A stretch of DNA of 63,747 bases, the filler included, from Pelomyxa schiedti (Eukaryota > Protista > Evosea), in the NCBI GenBank assembly GCA_020536535.1. It is 5 parts of 5 records of this genome, joined end to end, with 100 filler letters (N's around TTAATTAATTAA, not from the genome) between each part and the next. Parts side by side here need not be neighbours in the genome. Positions count along the whole stretch, not along the records: positions 41,513 to 60,977 come from JAHLWZ010001108.1; 4 more parts are not named here. The stretch is one strand, 5' to 3'. This document shows, in pieces, positions 46,515-60,496 of this stretch (positions within the stretch are counted from its first letter, which is position 1; each line of letters begins with the position of its first letter). The notes under the pieces are model-generated. The model saw only the letters and a list, made by a program, of their open reading frames with translations, did no database searches and had not been told where the DNA came from. Both the position numbers and the translations under genes were made by a program.

Positions 46515-49500
46515 TCAACCCCAGATGTGAAAGAAGTCATCTTCCCATGAGCGGGGTGGGTTAATGAGTGACTTGCTGGTTTGTTGATGGTTTTTCTGTG
46601 TGGCGGATGCGGATGTGGATGTGGATGTGGGTGTGGGTGTGGGTGTGGATTTTGTTGGTCCGTAGGACTGTGTGAGTGACCGGATTGTACCGGAAGATGT
46701 GCGGAGTAGTGAGCCGGGTGCCGGAAGGTTGGGTGATGATGCTGTTTTGAGGCCGGAGTGGTTGTTTATTGGAATTGCTGGCGGAGGTGATGTCGATGGT
46801 GAAGAGGATGGAGAGGAGGGTGACGAAGGGAGAGACGGTGAAGAGGAGAGTGACGAGGTTGAGGTGGATGGGGAGGTGGAGGTGGAGGAGGAGGAAGAAG
46901 TGTTGGGGGATAGAAGTGTGGCTAGAGATGGAGCGGAGCATGATATGGTGTTGCTGGAATGAAGTGCGTTAAGAGACGGTCTCTGGGGGATTGGCTTGGC
47001 CGGAAGCGGGACGGGTGAGGGTGGGTTGGAATGTGACTGAGGGGTTTGTGTTTGGGAAGGTGCTGGTACTGAAGGGGATCTGCTAGGAACTGATAATGCC
47101 ATTGTAGGAGTTGGTGACCGACTAGTGGATGGTGGAGTAATGGGAAGTGTTGGAGTTGGGGTAGGTGATACGGCACAAGGTACTGGTGCCATGAAATTCA
47201 GGTCCCGCTGGGTGTATAAAGTTAGCCACATTTCCGAAGATGGTATTTTTTGACCTCAACAAAACTTTTAATGACTTTATTTATAACTGTTATCCATTCA
47301 GAGCTTATTTCTGGGTCACTGGCTTTGAATGTATGCTCAACAAATTTAGTTTTATCGCTTTGGAACGTAAGTACAAATTTGAATTGGAAAAGAGGGGATA
47401 GGTGCCTTATGTTACAAGTTACAACTCTGAACATGCATTTTACACTCGGGGTTATGATTCGTGTTGTAGGACACGCAGCATGAACGATGTCATGCATTGG
47501 AAGAACTGTAGAGGCACCGTTTCCCTAGGAAAATGTAAGCCTCTCGTAGTTTATGCCCAATTACTACATCATGCGGTCGGAAAAAAGTGATACACTCGGA
47601 AGTGAGCTGGAGACTGTAATTCCATGAGTATACAACGTTATTTGCGCAATAAAGCACACCTAATTACCTCCCAACTTGTGGACTTGGTTGTGAGGTGCTG
47701 CAGAACTCCGGCTTTGATTACCGAAGAAATACCACGTAGTTGCTGAAATCGTTTGGCAAGGTTTCTTGCTTCATCGGATTTATCTGAAGCGGATTAAGAC
47801 TTCAAAACAAAGGTGTCAATGTAAACCTTTCACTGGATTGAACCAACAAACATCTCCTCCCATTTGGCACTGGGCAAGGGTTTTGTTAAGAAGATGCCCA
47901 AAATCTTGCATCTCCTTAGCAGCGGTGAATTTTGAAATGGAAGTGGTGGAGCTTACTTTATTGGCTATGTGTGTTGGAGGAAGGTTGGCGACATCTTGTA
48001 GCGTGAATTCAATTGAAAAGTGTGGTGGAAATCTGGTCAACTTTAGAGGCCAATAATGTCATAAAATTGCACCTTGAGTCATCATGCGCCATATCAATGT
48101 TATCTCGGTCCAGAATAATAGTATTATCAAAAAGAAATCCCACATGAAAACTTATTCTGTGTGGGGTGAGTGTAGCAAACTCTCAAAAGGAATCACCTGC
48201 ACACAAGTTCGGGTCTAATATATTGTTAGACACTTCTGTATGGAAAGGGGTGACTCACTTTATCATGTAATTAACGTGATCTATTCGCACTAGGACATCA
48301 CCCCACACAATACAGTTGATGTCTATCTCGAAGGGATTATCTGATACCTCATAGGTTCTACAGCAGTGAGAAAAAAACCACAAGACCAAGCATACGGTAC
48401 TACATTGGCTCAACTCCAGAGTTAGTTGCAGAGTTAAACAACAGAGCCATGGTCTTGGAGTCAAAAATAGATACCACAGGTCTAAAGCCATTTGCACCAA
48501 ACCCAAGTGAAAACTAAAAGTCTACTGTAAATATGTGTTTATATCGTCAAGAAAGTCACCTTGGGAACACAACTGAATTTCATTTTGTTGAAAAGGAGTG
48601 GCTGGAAAAAATGTAAGTTACATTGAACAAAACAAAGTGCACAACCTGCATGTGCAGTGGAGGGGCAGGGGGTGGCATTTCCGCTGCAACAGCTGCGCAG
48701 TGGTGATGGTGATGGTGTAAAAGGGCAGCAACATAAGAGACATAGCGTCTCTGAGATGGATAGGTAACACCATGATGTGAAACAGTGCGTTTGTGTGCAA
48801 ACATATTCAGGGCATCTTCAGCAGTAGAAACGAGCCCTGAATATGAAAAATATGCATAAAGAATTAAGGGCAAAATAGAGAGGATACCAGAATAAAGTAG
48901 GTATGAGGCAATGACTGTGCCAGTTCTTCCTTTCCCGGCCTAGGAGATAACGTTCGACATAGAACGATGGTATTGTTTTATCGAAGAGTGGGTACCTGAC
49001 AATGAACAGCAACCACATTAACGGGATCCGCAGAGAGCCAAAGGTGCATGTGATAAAGAATTTGCAGTAACAACGGTAGAGGTGGTGGGTGGTGGTCAGG
49101 AAATCGACACCAACTGTGAACCTTGGAAGTAAGTGATCAGTGAACGACAGAAGTAGAAAAGGTAAACCTTGTTCCCGAATTTTGTTTCGTCATACTCTTT
49201 TTCCGAGAGATTAAAGACATAGTAGTGAGATGAGCCGTGCTTTGTTGCCAAAAAAGCGGCCACATCGTCAATGAAGTTTCTCCAAGTGCTGGCGACACCT
49301 GTGCATGGTGTGAACTCCCCCGCCACAATCAAAACCATACCATCAGCTGGAAATGACATGGCAATTACTCTATCAGTAATGTATGTCAAATCCAAATTGT
49401 AAGTCTCGTCCGCATATCTAAGTTTAGTCGTCAACAAATTAGAAGTACAAGGTTTTTTCCTCATTGTGCGGCCCACAAAGCGACGGGTTTCGTTCCCAAA

Positions 49501-49579
49501 GAAGAAGACCACGAAACGCAACGTGCCTGACTTTGTCGTTTGATACGATCTGCCTCAGCGCATTGCTAAGCATGTCCAT
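46515..49579 (-). CDS. PTEN/tensin-type phosphatase + C2 + PH-like domain + Ser/Pro-rich tail (spliced)
   Basis: LRQIVS..K|LRY....NLDLTYITDRVIAMSFP, YYVFNLSEKEYD, FPDHHPP, VAVHCQ|AGKGRTG, GVTYPSQRRYV, GDVLVRI, FKASDPEISSEWITVI. Confidence 0.88.
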
Positions 49580-49897
49580 TCTACTTGTCAGTTTTCACAA
49601 CCACCCCCACGCGCCACGACCGTCGTTGTCGCTGTTGTCGCAGTTACGGCAAGGCACCACCCCCTTCGCTGTTGTTGCACGTCAATGGATCCCCTTTGTA
49701 TTTTTCTTTCACAATTTCTCTTTCCGCGAAACGCCCGTTTGATTACATACCAGTGTGGCCCCGAAACCCTGAGAGGCGACTCTGGAAGGTCATGGTGCAA
49801 TCGTACAGTAGTGGGGCCAAGGAAGGGATGGGTTCTTTTCTCTGGATGTCCCACCCACCGGAAACTTGTCCGTTCGGCTGTTTTTCCTCAGATCGTC

Positions 49898-52389
49898 ATG
49901 CGCGTTGGGGGTTGGCTCGTGTTTTCCGGTCCCACAATAACGAGTGAGGGTGGCGATGCGCGTCCGTTGTTAAGTGACAGCGTGTTGAGTGACGCAGGAC
50001 AGGTGAGGGCGGCTATAATAGCCGACCCCTCGTGCGTATACCAGACGGACTCATGGGGTACAATTTACTACGAGTTGTAATTGTGAATCTTGTGTTGGTT
50101 TGGCTCTTTTTTGTGTTATAAATATGGCTGTAAGGCCACAATCAAAACCAATATTGGCTGAGACTAATCAGGAGGCAATTACTACAGGAAAAATGCCTAT
50201 TCACATTGCCTGCAGCAGGGGATACATTGGTGCTATTAGAGTGCTACTTGAGGAGGGTAACTGTGATGTTGATGTGAGAGCACAAGATGGATCCACACCA
50301 TTGCACTGTGCTGCTTCTTTGTTGTCCTCTTCTTTTTTTTTGATTTTACTAATTTGCTTATTTGTTTCTACCCCCTATTCCTCCTATTTCCAGTGGGCAA
50401 CTTTATGTTGTATTCCTACTTATTCACGAGTATGGTGCACGGGTTGGCGCGCGAAGACTACCAAATGGAGACACAGCACTATATTTGTCTTGCTTTCGTG
50501 ACCGGGTAGATGTAGCCAAGCTTCTCATTGATAGTACCTTCATATTCTTTTTGTTCTTGACAAGTAGCCCCATGTAGGTGGCGCTCTTCTAATGGCAAGA
50601 AATTCACTGGGACAAACAGCAATTGACGCTGCAAGCCGGTCTGGCTATTCTGACTTAGCCTGCTTCTTGAGGTACCACGCTAGTGGTACACGCAGAATAG
50701 TGTCCTATCTGAAATTTGAAAATTATGTTCAATTCACTTTTCAGGAGCCTCCAGTGGTGAGGCACTTGGCAGAAATTACAGCAAAAACAGAAGCCGAGAT
50801 CCAGAATAAGAGTAACCTCCTACGTCGTTGGCAACAACAAGATTGTTTAAGCGCAGTTAGTCCACCTGGGCTCATTTTCCTTTCTCTGATAAAAATAGTC
50901 TTGGATGAAACCAATTGATTTAGACGGACTTCGCACAAGTTCCCTTGCCATAAAGATTATAGTCACGTCTTGGCTGGTATCAAGCTTTGAAAACCACTCC
51001 CTAATCCCAATTAAGGGACGAAAGCTGTTGTCTGGGAGGGATTGCCTTGCCTGCAGCCAAGTTTGCCATACTTGGCGACGGGAACTCTGTGATGATAATG
51101 TCTGGCTTCATTATATTAAGTAACCTCCTTATGAAATATTACTTGGGATAACCCTTGGTAATGTACTAGATATGAGATTTCTGATTGTGCCAGCAACATA
51201 CTTAACTATCATGACAGCACCATTCCCTCTTATAATGAAACCTTATGGAAGAACGTGTGCACCCAAGTTACAAGCCAGGATAAGCAGGTTGGTCGTTAAT
51301 TATAACTGTTTCCCACAAAAAGAACACAGTATGTGACCAAGTGGGCTGCATCTCCTGCCGAAGTGTTTAGAGGAAACTCAAAAACAAAGTACCTGTGGAT
51401 AGCACGCAAAAAAGGGAGAGTAAGAATGCCCCTATATAGTCCACCAGTGTACAACCCGTTTATCCACAACAAGTGGTGCGCATCTAGTAATTTCCTTGTC
51501 TGGTTCAAAGCAAAACCTTAGGTGGAATCCACTGGATCTAACTTTGTGCCTTTGGTGTTACATCTTTCACCATAATTGGATGGCTTTTTTCATCAGTCAA
51601 TCTATGTTGGTGAAACAGCAATGCTATGACAAGAAAATTCTTTGTACTGTACGGAATTCTTTTGGAGCCATTGGAATATTGTGGACACTTGTTCTACTTT
51701 ACAAGTACCTGTACTTTCCCAATGGCTCTCTGTTCCTTGCGAATTACATTATTTCTTTAATAGTACGTTTAAAAAAGCACCTTCCACCTTTACAGAAAGT
51801 AGTTTTCCAACTGTTGTGCGCATATTCTACTAGCCTTTTCACTTACATCGCCGGTAATTTTCAGCCTCCCGTGATTTTAATCTCCCCCCTTTATAGGGTG
51901 ATAGAATCTACTGGTTTCCAGTGACTATGTTTATTATCGCCATCTTTCCATTTCCATATGAGTGGATTTATGTTTTCCGGACAGTGTGGTAAGCATTTCC
52001 CCCACAATTCTCTTCCACAAACAATAAATACAGCCAAATGGGGACCATTCTCTTGATTGGCACTCTTTCCGCATTGAACCTCATTGCATTCTTCCTTCTC
52101 TGGTGGAAGAAATACTCTATGCTCGAGTCCGCGGTGATAATAATTCCAATTTCACTATGATTTAATAACTAACTATCTGTTTCAGTTACTGGCTCCATTG
52201 CTTTGCACCACAGCTTTGTTTCTGTGGTATGGCAGATTCCTTGTAGTTCTGAGGCTTGTGAGTGTGGGACAGTTACATTTGTTCAAGGCTTATCACACAT
52301 ACAACATAACGTCACACAGCCACGCAATTGCAATGATACACTGGTTGTGTGTTTTGGTTGTATCCAGTTTCATGGTTGTAAAATTCTAA
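49898..52389 (+). CDS. Ankyrin-repeat + F-box-like + multi-TM protein (spliced; 3' end uncertain)
   Basis: PIHIACSRGYIGAIRVLL, GSTPLHCAA, GDTALYLSC, GQTAIDAA; LSGRDCLACSQVCHTWRRELCDDNVW; hydrophobic exons at 51500-52390. Confidence 0.65.
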
Positions 52390-52489
52390 TTACTCAAACT
52401 CATGGAGCTCCCTGGATTTATTTGTGCCAGAGTAAAGAAATTTGCTATTAGGTAAATAACTGTTACTGATAGATGTTTTGGTTGTGTGG

Positions 52490-55238
52490 CTAGTTTGCTG
52501 TTGGGGAACAGTCAAAGTGGTGCCTGTGGTTATGAAAAGGAATGGTGTTCATACTACATTGTGGGTTGTGATGTTGGTGTGAAGTGTATGTGGTAGTTGG
52601 AGATAGAAATTCCTGAAGGTTTTTGTGTTCCACCAATTGCTGGAAGATATTAGCATATGCCTCAGCTACGCGGAATTATTCAAAAGATTACAGCCGTAAG
52701 TCAATTACCTAGCGTCTTAATCTCATCTTGATTAATATTGTCAGTTGTATCGCATGCTCTGTGGTGGGATTAGAAAATGGGCGGTTCTGTGTGTCATACT
52801 CGTGATAACAAGGGTCTGCGGGAGTATCCGCAATGCCATTGAATAGAACCCGCTGTTCAGTTGTCTTAATCTCACCTTTTTTTTCCATGAGTACATCATC
52901 TTTCTTCCTTGGTTTCAAACTTGCTCCAGCAAATAGTCCACTAGCAGGAATTCCGGCGGCAACAAATGGGTAGTGGTCAGACGCGCCGAACATATCTTGC
53001 ATCTGGTAATTGAGGCCCTTATCTTCGAAATATGATAGGAACATATCCTATCGGGGTTGTGATTCAGTGCTTCACAAGTAAGTTGATGAAAAACGCACAG
53101 TTATAATGGCACTTCCATAGTTCGCGGGGTATGGCATTGTTGAGCCATTGTATATCCCAGTTATATAGTTTGGGCTCGCAATCATGTCTTCAGGTGTTTT
53201 AACAATAGAGATGGCACAATAGTTGTTACCTAAATTCAAGTTGCATGCAATCGCTGCCCGCTTTTCATCGCTGAGGGACTGAAAATTGTGAATGAAGAAA
53301 GGGTACACATAACTGTAGTACATCAATGTAAGCTTGAGAACCTAAAAGGCCCTTTTCCTCTGCCGCCCACCACGCAAATATTATCTTATTTTCCACCCAG
53401 GGTTTCATCCTTTAAATGAAGCTAAAAAGGGTGAAGTACTTCAAGTGGTTGTATACCTTGACTTAAGAGTTTCCAGGGCAATTTCCAACATCACCATACT
53501 TCCACTTCCATTGTCATTGATGCCGGGCCCCTTGTTTTCGACCTTTAGATGCACACAGACGTAAAAATAAAGGAAGGCACATCACTGTCCAAGTGTGCCC
53601 CCATAAGAACAATCGAGTTGGGATTCCCCTAGGTTAAACCTCGATTCACACACTTAAAGAGATAAGGGATAATACAGATTCAGTTTCAGCAATAAGGTTA
53701 GCAGTTTCCACGGTCTCTACGCGTGTATCTATCTTTGGAAGTTAGAAACCCACACCACTATTCACACTCTTACATTAACATCCAACGTCAATGTAGGTAA
53801 AAGCCCAAGCAGCATTATCCCCGTGGAATATGTCACACCAATTCCTCCAATTGCTGATCCGTCTTGGATCGGCGCAAATCCATAAAATGGCATATATGGT
53901 GTGCTGGAGTCTGCACTTGCGGAATTATAACCAATCATCAGAGACACCCCATAGCTGGTTGAAGGTAAAAAATTTGAAGAAACGATGGAATTTCATACTT
54001 GGATGCAAATGCAGATTTTGTTAGCCAAGTACAGCCGCCACCTGCAGGCAGAATTGCAACTGCCCCAATAACTGTCTCTGTTTGTAGTGAGGGAAAAAAA
54101 TTGAAAGGCAAATAAGAAACCACTCCAGTCAGAGTCCAGGCATCCGTAGTTGCGAATTCCTACGACAGGCGAAGAAGAAATTGCAGCTGCAGATGGTGTA
54201 TTATATCCAGTCTCGTAATCCACACCAAGTGAGAATGTCAGTTCTACAGGTTGAAGTACTTTGAACCATGTAGTGGAAGGAAGCGTCTCCGAATAGCTGT
54301 AATTGAAGTTCTGCTGGGAGATTGTAACTGGGTACTCTGAAATTGCTTCTTGTATATATTGTAATGCCGCCATGTAACCGCTACAAATTATAGTTGAGTG
54401 AGGTGGGAATTGAAGATAGAAGTACCCTGTAATATCGTCTCGCGTGTTATTGTATTGAGTGGAAATGTCTTGTAGATGATTTAGTTTTAGCATAATGTTG
54501 TCAACGTCAATATGCTGATCGAGCTTGATCGGTAGTGCGTAGTAACACACAACAGGCACCACTTATCTGAGTAAGAAAATGGCTGAAGTTACGCGAATTT
54601 CAAACCTATTAGAGAAACCACAATGGTGGCGATCACCACTGCAAAGCCAGAAATAGTCTTCTGCTTCTGAGTCATGCACACAAAGCAACATACTCTATCC
54701 AAGGACCCTACAAAAAAGAGTTTATAAACAACTTCCCTTACTCCCACAACACAAAAATTCATAACAAACAAACAAACAAACAAACAAACAAACAAACAAA
54801 CAAACAAACAAACAAACAAACAAACAAACAAACAAACAAACAAACAAACAAACAAACAAACAAACAAACAAACAAACAAACAATAAAAGTGTGTGTCCAA
54901 CACTAATTGCCACCAAAAAAAAAAGAGATCAACAACAAATCGCCAACATCGCGATTTGGTCTCAAGGGACATCACATCAGATCGAAATTCACACTTTGCA
55001 CCGACGACGCTGCACGGTACACGGCGTCCATGTGCCCGTCCGCGAACTTCGCGCTGTCGGGCTCGTCCTCGTAGTCGTAGTCGGCGCCGTCGGGGCCCGA
55101 CGCGTGGTCGGTGTCGCGTGGCGCATCACCACCGGCGTCGTGGGTCCCCAGGCCCTTCATGGTCACGCCACCGTTGTGTTCCTCGTCGTATTCGGTGCCT
55201 GTGGCATAATCCCCCGGTCGTGAAGCCGCTGTAGTCAT
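52490..55238 (-). CDS. M28-family aminopeptidase with PA domain, probably type II membrane-anchored (spliced)
   Basis: GAHLDS, GPGINDNGSGS, AWWAAEEKGLLGS, LNL|DMIASPNY, SDHYPF..AGIP.SGLF, DPCYH. TM segment at ~54600-54660; the acidic first exon 54972-55238 probably belongs to this gene. Confidence 0.85.
54763..54883. repeat. (AAAC)n microsatellite, about 30 units
   Basis: Uninterrupted acaa repeat, probably intronic in the M28 gene. Confidence 0.95.
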
Positions 55239-55449
55239 TCCTCGTTGTGGCGTATCAAGAGGTGACACAACGCCCAAGACGTTTTCACGGAACTACCCAG
55301 CAGATGTTCCAAAATTCTGAATAGAAAATAGAATAGAACAGTACAGAGTTAAGAGGGATGACAAGGGAATTTCGCGGGAAATGCTGTGATTTATTGGTGA
55401 CTTGGTGTGGAGAAGTACACGATTTTGGTTGGTCTTGGTATTTTTAAGC

Positions 55450-55459
55450 AGAACGTTCC
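55450..55459 (+). promoter_or_regulatory. Possible heat-shock element (nGAAnnTTCn) upstream of HSP20
   Basis: agaacgttcc about 100 bp before the ATG; only two pentamer units. Confidence 0.25.
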
Positions 55460-55558
55460 TGTCGCTGCAAAACACAACAAAAAAACTAAAAGCGCAACAA
55501 CAGCGAAACAAACAACAACAAAAACAAAAAACAATATAACATAACATATACTGTAAGA

Positions 55559-56377
55559 ATGGCATGGTTTGGACTTGACCCATGGGCCGAGATGTACCGC
55601 ATGGAATCACAGATGAATGACCTCATGGACATGATTGACTATGCTCAGTTTGTTCCCACAACTGGCAGGCACCACAGGCAACAACCCCGCATGTCGAGGC
55701 AAATTCAACAGCAGCAGGCCAGCACCCCGATTGCATCTGCCCCAGCCAAGGATACTTCCGCTGATTCCGCTGCGGCTCCAAAGGAAGGTACTGCTGCTGA
55801 GCCACAGGCAGATAAGGCGCCATCATCACCCACAGCAACAACAACGGCAGTGACGAGCACCACTCCAACATCAAAGGCAGTGCAGCCAAGGGAGCCCGAG
55901 TGGGAGTCAATATGGTGGCCACGCACCGACCTCAGAGAGACTGATGCCCAATACTCTGTATGGTTTTTTAGAAATTTATCAATAACTATAATACACATAC
56001 GTTCAAACAACAACAAAGTATTTTCTACTATTAGTTGTTAATAATACATAACACGAAACACGCGGGATATATTAACACGAAAATCGCAGGTGATCATGGA
56101 ATTGCCGGGAGTCAAGAAAGAAGACGTGGCAGTGGACGTGTCGCCGGACCACGTGCTCACGATTATGGGAAAGAAGGACGCGGTGGCCGAGAACACAGGG
56201 GACAGGTGGCACCGCGTGGAGCGATCGTTTGGCAAGTTCCGCCGGTCGTTTGTGATCCCCGAGGGCGTCGACCACTCGGCCGTCGCCGCGTCGTTCGACA
56301 ACGGCGTGCTGACCCTCACGATACCCAAGCCACCTGCTCCTCCAACACCCCAGAACACCAAGATAGAGATCCACTGA
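55559..56377 (+). CDS. Small heat-shock protein (HSP20/alpha-crystallin), one intron
   Basis: WPRTDLRETDAQY|IMELPGVKKEDV.V...LTI.G...WHRVERSFGKFRRSF..P......ASFDNGVLTLTIPK. Confidence 0.93.
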
Positions 56378-56587
56378 TGTGAGGGTGAACACCAATAAGG
56401 CCCCGTTGAGGCAGAACAAAATAAATTTTGAGAGTTTTCGTTCCCTGTTTGTTTTGGCATTTCTTACGGTTCTCGCCCCCTTCCTTGTCACCTGAGTCTC
56501 AGGTGTAATCTTGCAGACTTCCTGAAAATCTGTTAGCCTTAATATTGCGCCAAGCACATACGTAGCTACGAGTTTGTCGTGTGGGGA

Positions 56588-57501
56588 ATGGGTCGGGGAC
56601 GCAACAAAGGTATTTAATTAATTTGCCTGCTATGTTGTTGTTCGAGTGCGATGGCTATTGTTGATTATTTATTGAAAATAAATACAGGGCGAAGTAAGCC
56701 GCTGCTAAAAAACAAACCAAGAGGTAGCCTGTCTGACAAACTACAACGCATTTCTCTCTTTCATTATGAATGGTTTTGTTAAATGAAAAAGAGTTCGATC
56801 AAATTCAGCAGGATGCAAAACCCGAAAATAAAGAAAAAATGGACAATTTGCCACAAGACCCCGACCTACCAGGTATTGCAGCATCATTTAATTACTTTGT
56901 CATTTACTGGATTTCTCGCTTTCCGAATTTTCTCTCACCAAACAAGGGTGCGGGCAGTGCTACTGTGTTCAGTGTGCAAAGCACTTCATGTCCAAAGAGG
57001 CCTTGGAGAAGCACTTCAACACAAAAGATCACAAGCAAAGGTTAACGACTCCAACTCCCCTCGTGACTGACTTTGTTAAAAAGAGCCAAAAAGCTTAAAA
57101 CCGATAAGCCTTGGACCCCGGAGGCAGCCCGTGGTCTGGTAGACAACGGCCCAAAGCTAGGTAACAACATCCTAAAACCGCCTACAACAGAGACACCCGC
57201 AGCAACAACAACTACCACCCCAAAAACTACAGCAAAGCCCAAGAAGCCCAGTACCACCACCGGTACAGTTAAAAAAAACCCCAAGACCCTCAAGGGCATC
57301 CGCGGTGCCTCCAGGCGCCCACCACCACCACAACAACTACAACCACAAGCACCATCATCCTCAGCAGCAACAAACTCAGCCGCAACAACCCAGCCAATTG
57401 AAATTGAGGACTCTGACTCGGATGATGACACTCCAGTGTCATTCTTTGACCATCCCACTGACGTCTATGCCACAGCAACAACAACGCAGCAGCAAACCTG
57501 A
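56588..57501 (+). CDS. ZNF593: Zinc finger protein ZNF593/Bud20 (pre-60S factor), spliced
   Basis: FDQIQQD..P......PQDPDLP|GAGQCYCVQCAKHF..KEALEKHFNTKDHKQR, then AKKLK..KPWTPEAA. Confidence 0.85.
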
Positions 57502-57854
57502 AGTACCCCTATGCAAGATATACACATCCCTATATCTTTGAATCCATTATCGCCACACTGGAAAGTTCAGGGAAAAAAGAAAAAAGCAGCACCAAGACTT
57601 GTAACCCGAAACGGCAAAAAGAAAAAAAAAACAAGCTAATTTCAGGGCACGAAAAAAAAAACCAGAGGTACACAGCGACATCGGCCGCAAGTTGCTCACA
57701 TCGACAACAAAAAAAAAAAAACCCACCTACGCACAGAGAACCATTCGTTTTTGAACCGGCAAAAGGACCGGCGCGGTGAGTGACGTCGAACGAACCGTCG
57801 TTTGTTGTGTGAGAGCACTGGGTACATCATCAACATCATTATAATAATAAGAGC

Positions 57855-60496
57855 ATGAGTGGGGTAGTTACTGGTGAGGCTGCTGTGTTGTTGTTCTGTC
57901 AGAGGAGGACAGCTCCTTATGCCGGCGTAGACGTGCAGGACTTCTCGTATGCAGATGCAGTTGCAGTTGTTTGCTTAGTATAAGATATTTCTATTTAAAT
58001 ACGTATTTATATCTATGTTTGATGATATTTGATGGTGGTAATGCTAATGAGGAATTAGTTCTTAATATTCATTAGGTCGAGTTGGACAAGTGGACTGGCC
58101 ATTGCAGCGCTAGCACATTCCCTGGATCCAACTGCCATAGACTACTACAAGATCGACCGTAGCGACCCTGTCGTTCTGTGGAAGGCTGCCTTGGAGGCTT
58201 TTGGTTATTTTCTCACTTTCCTTCCTTGTGATAACAACCAACAGAAAAAATGGGAATTGGAAAGTTGGTCACTGCAGAAGATATTGTGAAGTGCCCAGAT
58301 TCCAAATGTATTTTACTTCAATTATCTGAGTAAGTCTTTTTTTGCCAGTTATTACTCAAGTATTTACTGCATCCAAGAGTGTTAACTGGATACCAGGCTG
58401 GTGTCAAGGTCACTGATCCAAAGCGAAAAACACAGGCATACGATGAAATGGATAGAGAGGAAGCAGAATTACGAAGAAAGGAGCGAGAAGAAAGGGAATA
58501 CTTGATGGCTCATGTACTTGGCAACCAATAAATACTTCCTTTAACGTTACCAAAAGCCCCCTGAATGTCCAGGGTGTCACGATGGGGTCATGCCTGGGCA
58601 ACAAAGTATCAAAGCCTGTGGTCAAACATATCATGTCTTATGCCTTTCTTGTATGAAATGCAAGAAAAGAATCGGAATTAGTAAATTCTTGGATGTTGGG
58701 GGTGAACCCTTTTGGTATGATACTCCAAGATACTAATTAACCTGAATCGGCACTAGCGACATGTGCGGAAAACTCGCCAAAAAGAAGTGGGATTCAGAGC
58801 ACCCTGGAGGTAATCTTGACTTTTGTTACCTAATGTCACTGATAGCTAAATTTCACATACATTGACAGAAGCAGTGCCCTTGCCAGTCCCCAAAGGTTTT
58901 CCATTTCAACACTATTATTTGGTTAATATGTGCCAGCTACAACCGTGGAAACGCCTGAACCTGTGAAACCAAAATTTGTTGAAGATGGTATACACAGTCA
59001 CTTCTTCTTTTCTAACTATATCACTAAGATGGAACCAATGCCTTGGGTCTAAGAAGGTCACAACCTTCGCAAACAACAACCAAAGAGGCACCACCTCTTT
59101 CAAGGAAAGAAGCTGAAGTTCTGGCAGCTCTTAATGCCAGACGTTCCCGGTAATTCCACTATCCCTGTCCTGGGTGTTTCTTCCCTACCCAAAGGCTTGA
59201 GCAAGGAGGAGAAGCTATTGAGATCAAAAAATCTACTCCAGCAGCAGTTCCTGCGTCAGCTCCTCTGCAGAGCAGAAGACTTTCACCACAAGAAGAGGTT
59301 CTTGCAAGATTGCAGGTTCGGCTGTAATAATTCGTCATCGTTTTCACTCTCCACAGAAACGGCGGGAAAGGTGACAATATTTCCACAGGCTTCTATAACT
59401 TACCTTACAAAGAGTTGAAGAGACAACGATTGCTGAAGAGACCGCTAGTGCAACGGCTTTCCAGAAGGTGGTTGTGGAAGCAGCAGCCGTGTATGTTCGA
59501 CCAAATTTTACAACTCTTAGTGTCACTTAGAGCCAAGAAGCCAACAACTACACCTCCTAGTGCCAAAACTGCAACTCCAGCTCCCCCTCCGGCCGCCGCA
59601 GCAACCCCTGATCCAGATGCGGCTGCACTTTTAGAAAAAATGAAACAACGGTGAGAAGGCACCCTTTTTTCCATTTCTCACCTTTTGCAGGCTGGCCGAA
59701 TTAAAAAAGAAAAAGCAAGAAGAAGAAGAACGAGACAGACTTCTTAAAGAAAAACTTGCTAGAATTGCTGAACTAAAAGCTAAACTGGCTGCCCAACAAG
59801 CAGCTGAAGAAAAGTAAGTACTCTATCCCATAGACACTCTTGACATTTCTGTAGCCCCCCTCCCGAGGAAGATGAGGATGAAATTCTTCGCCGTAAACAA
59901 GAGGAGTTACGTCTTAAGCGGGAACGACTTGAAAAGCTCAGAGCATCCATGAGAAATTCCGAAGAACCGGCACCACAACCAACCACTCAGGAACCCAGTG
60001 AAACTGCAGACACCCAAGCTGAGGATTCCAATACTCTAAAAGAACCCGAGGCTTCAATACCCGAGAAGCCGGCAGAGGAACAACCATCAGAAGTAACCTC
60101 CAGCAAGGACCATGACAGCTTCTCACCAAAAGAGGAATTTAAGGTGATCCCCCACCAACACAAATAGCCCAATATAATTACACACACAGGCCTCTGTAGA
60201 CGATGTAATTGCACAACGCCGGCAGCAAAGGGAGGAAAAAATGCGGGCCCTTCTCGCGGATTCTGAAACACTGGCAACACCACCATCATCAACTTCAGCT
60301 ACTGCTGCGGCTCCAGCAACCCCATCAGTGGATGCTACCACCAGTGCTATCTCTAATTTGGACCTGACTGCTGAGGTAACAACACATACAATCACCCAGC
60401 AAAACCATTAATTCGAACTCTACATAGGAGGAAGAGATGCAAAGGAAGCGTGCAGAGAGAGCCGCTCGCCTCAAGGCAATCCTTAGCCAGTCTTAA
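57855..60496 (+). CDS. Calponin-homology + LIM domain cytoskeletal protein with a charged/Pro-rich tail (spliced)
   Basis: LLFCQRRTAPYAGVDVQDFS|SWTSGLAIAALAH..DP.AIDY (CH); CPGCHD...ACGQTYH..CLSCMKCKK...GEPF|C (LIM). Confidence 0.8.

Noticed and set aside
54589-54975. ORFs with (CLFV)n repeats
   Set aside because: Translation of the (AAAC)n microsatellite, not a protein.
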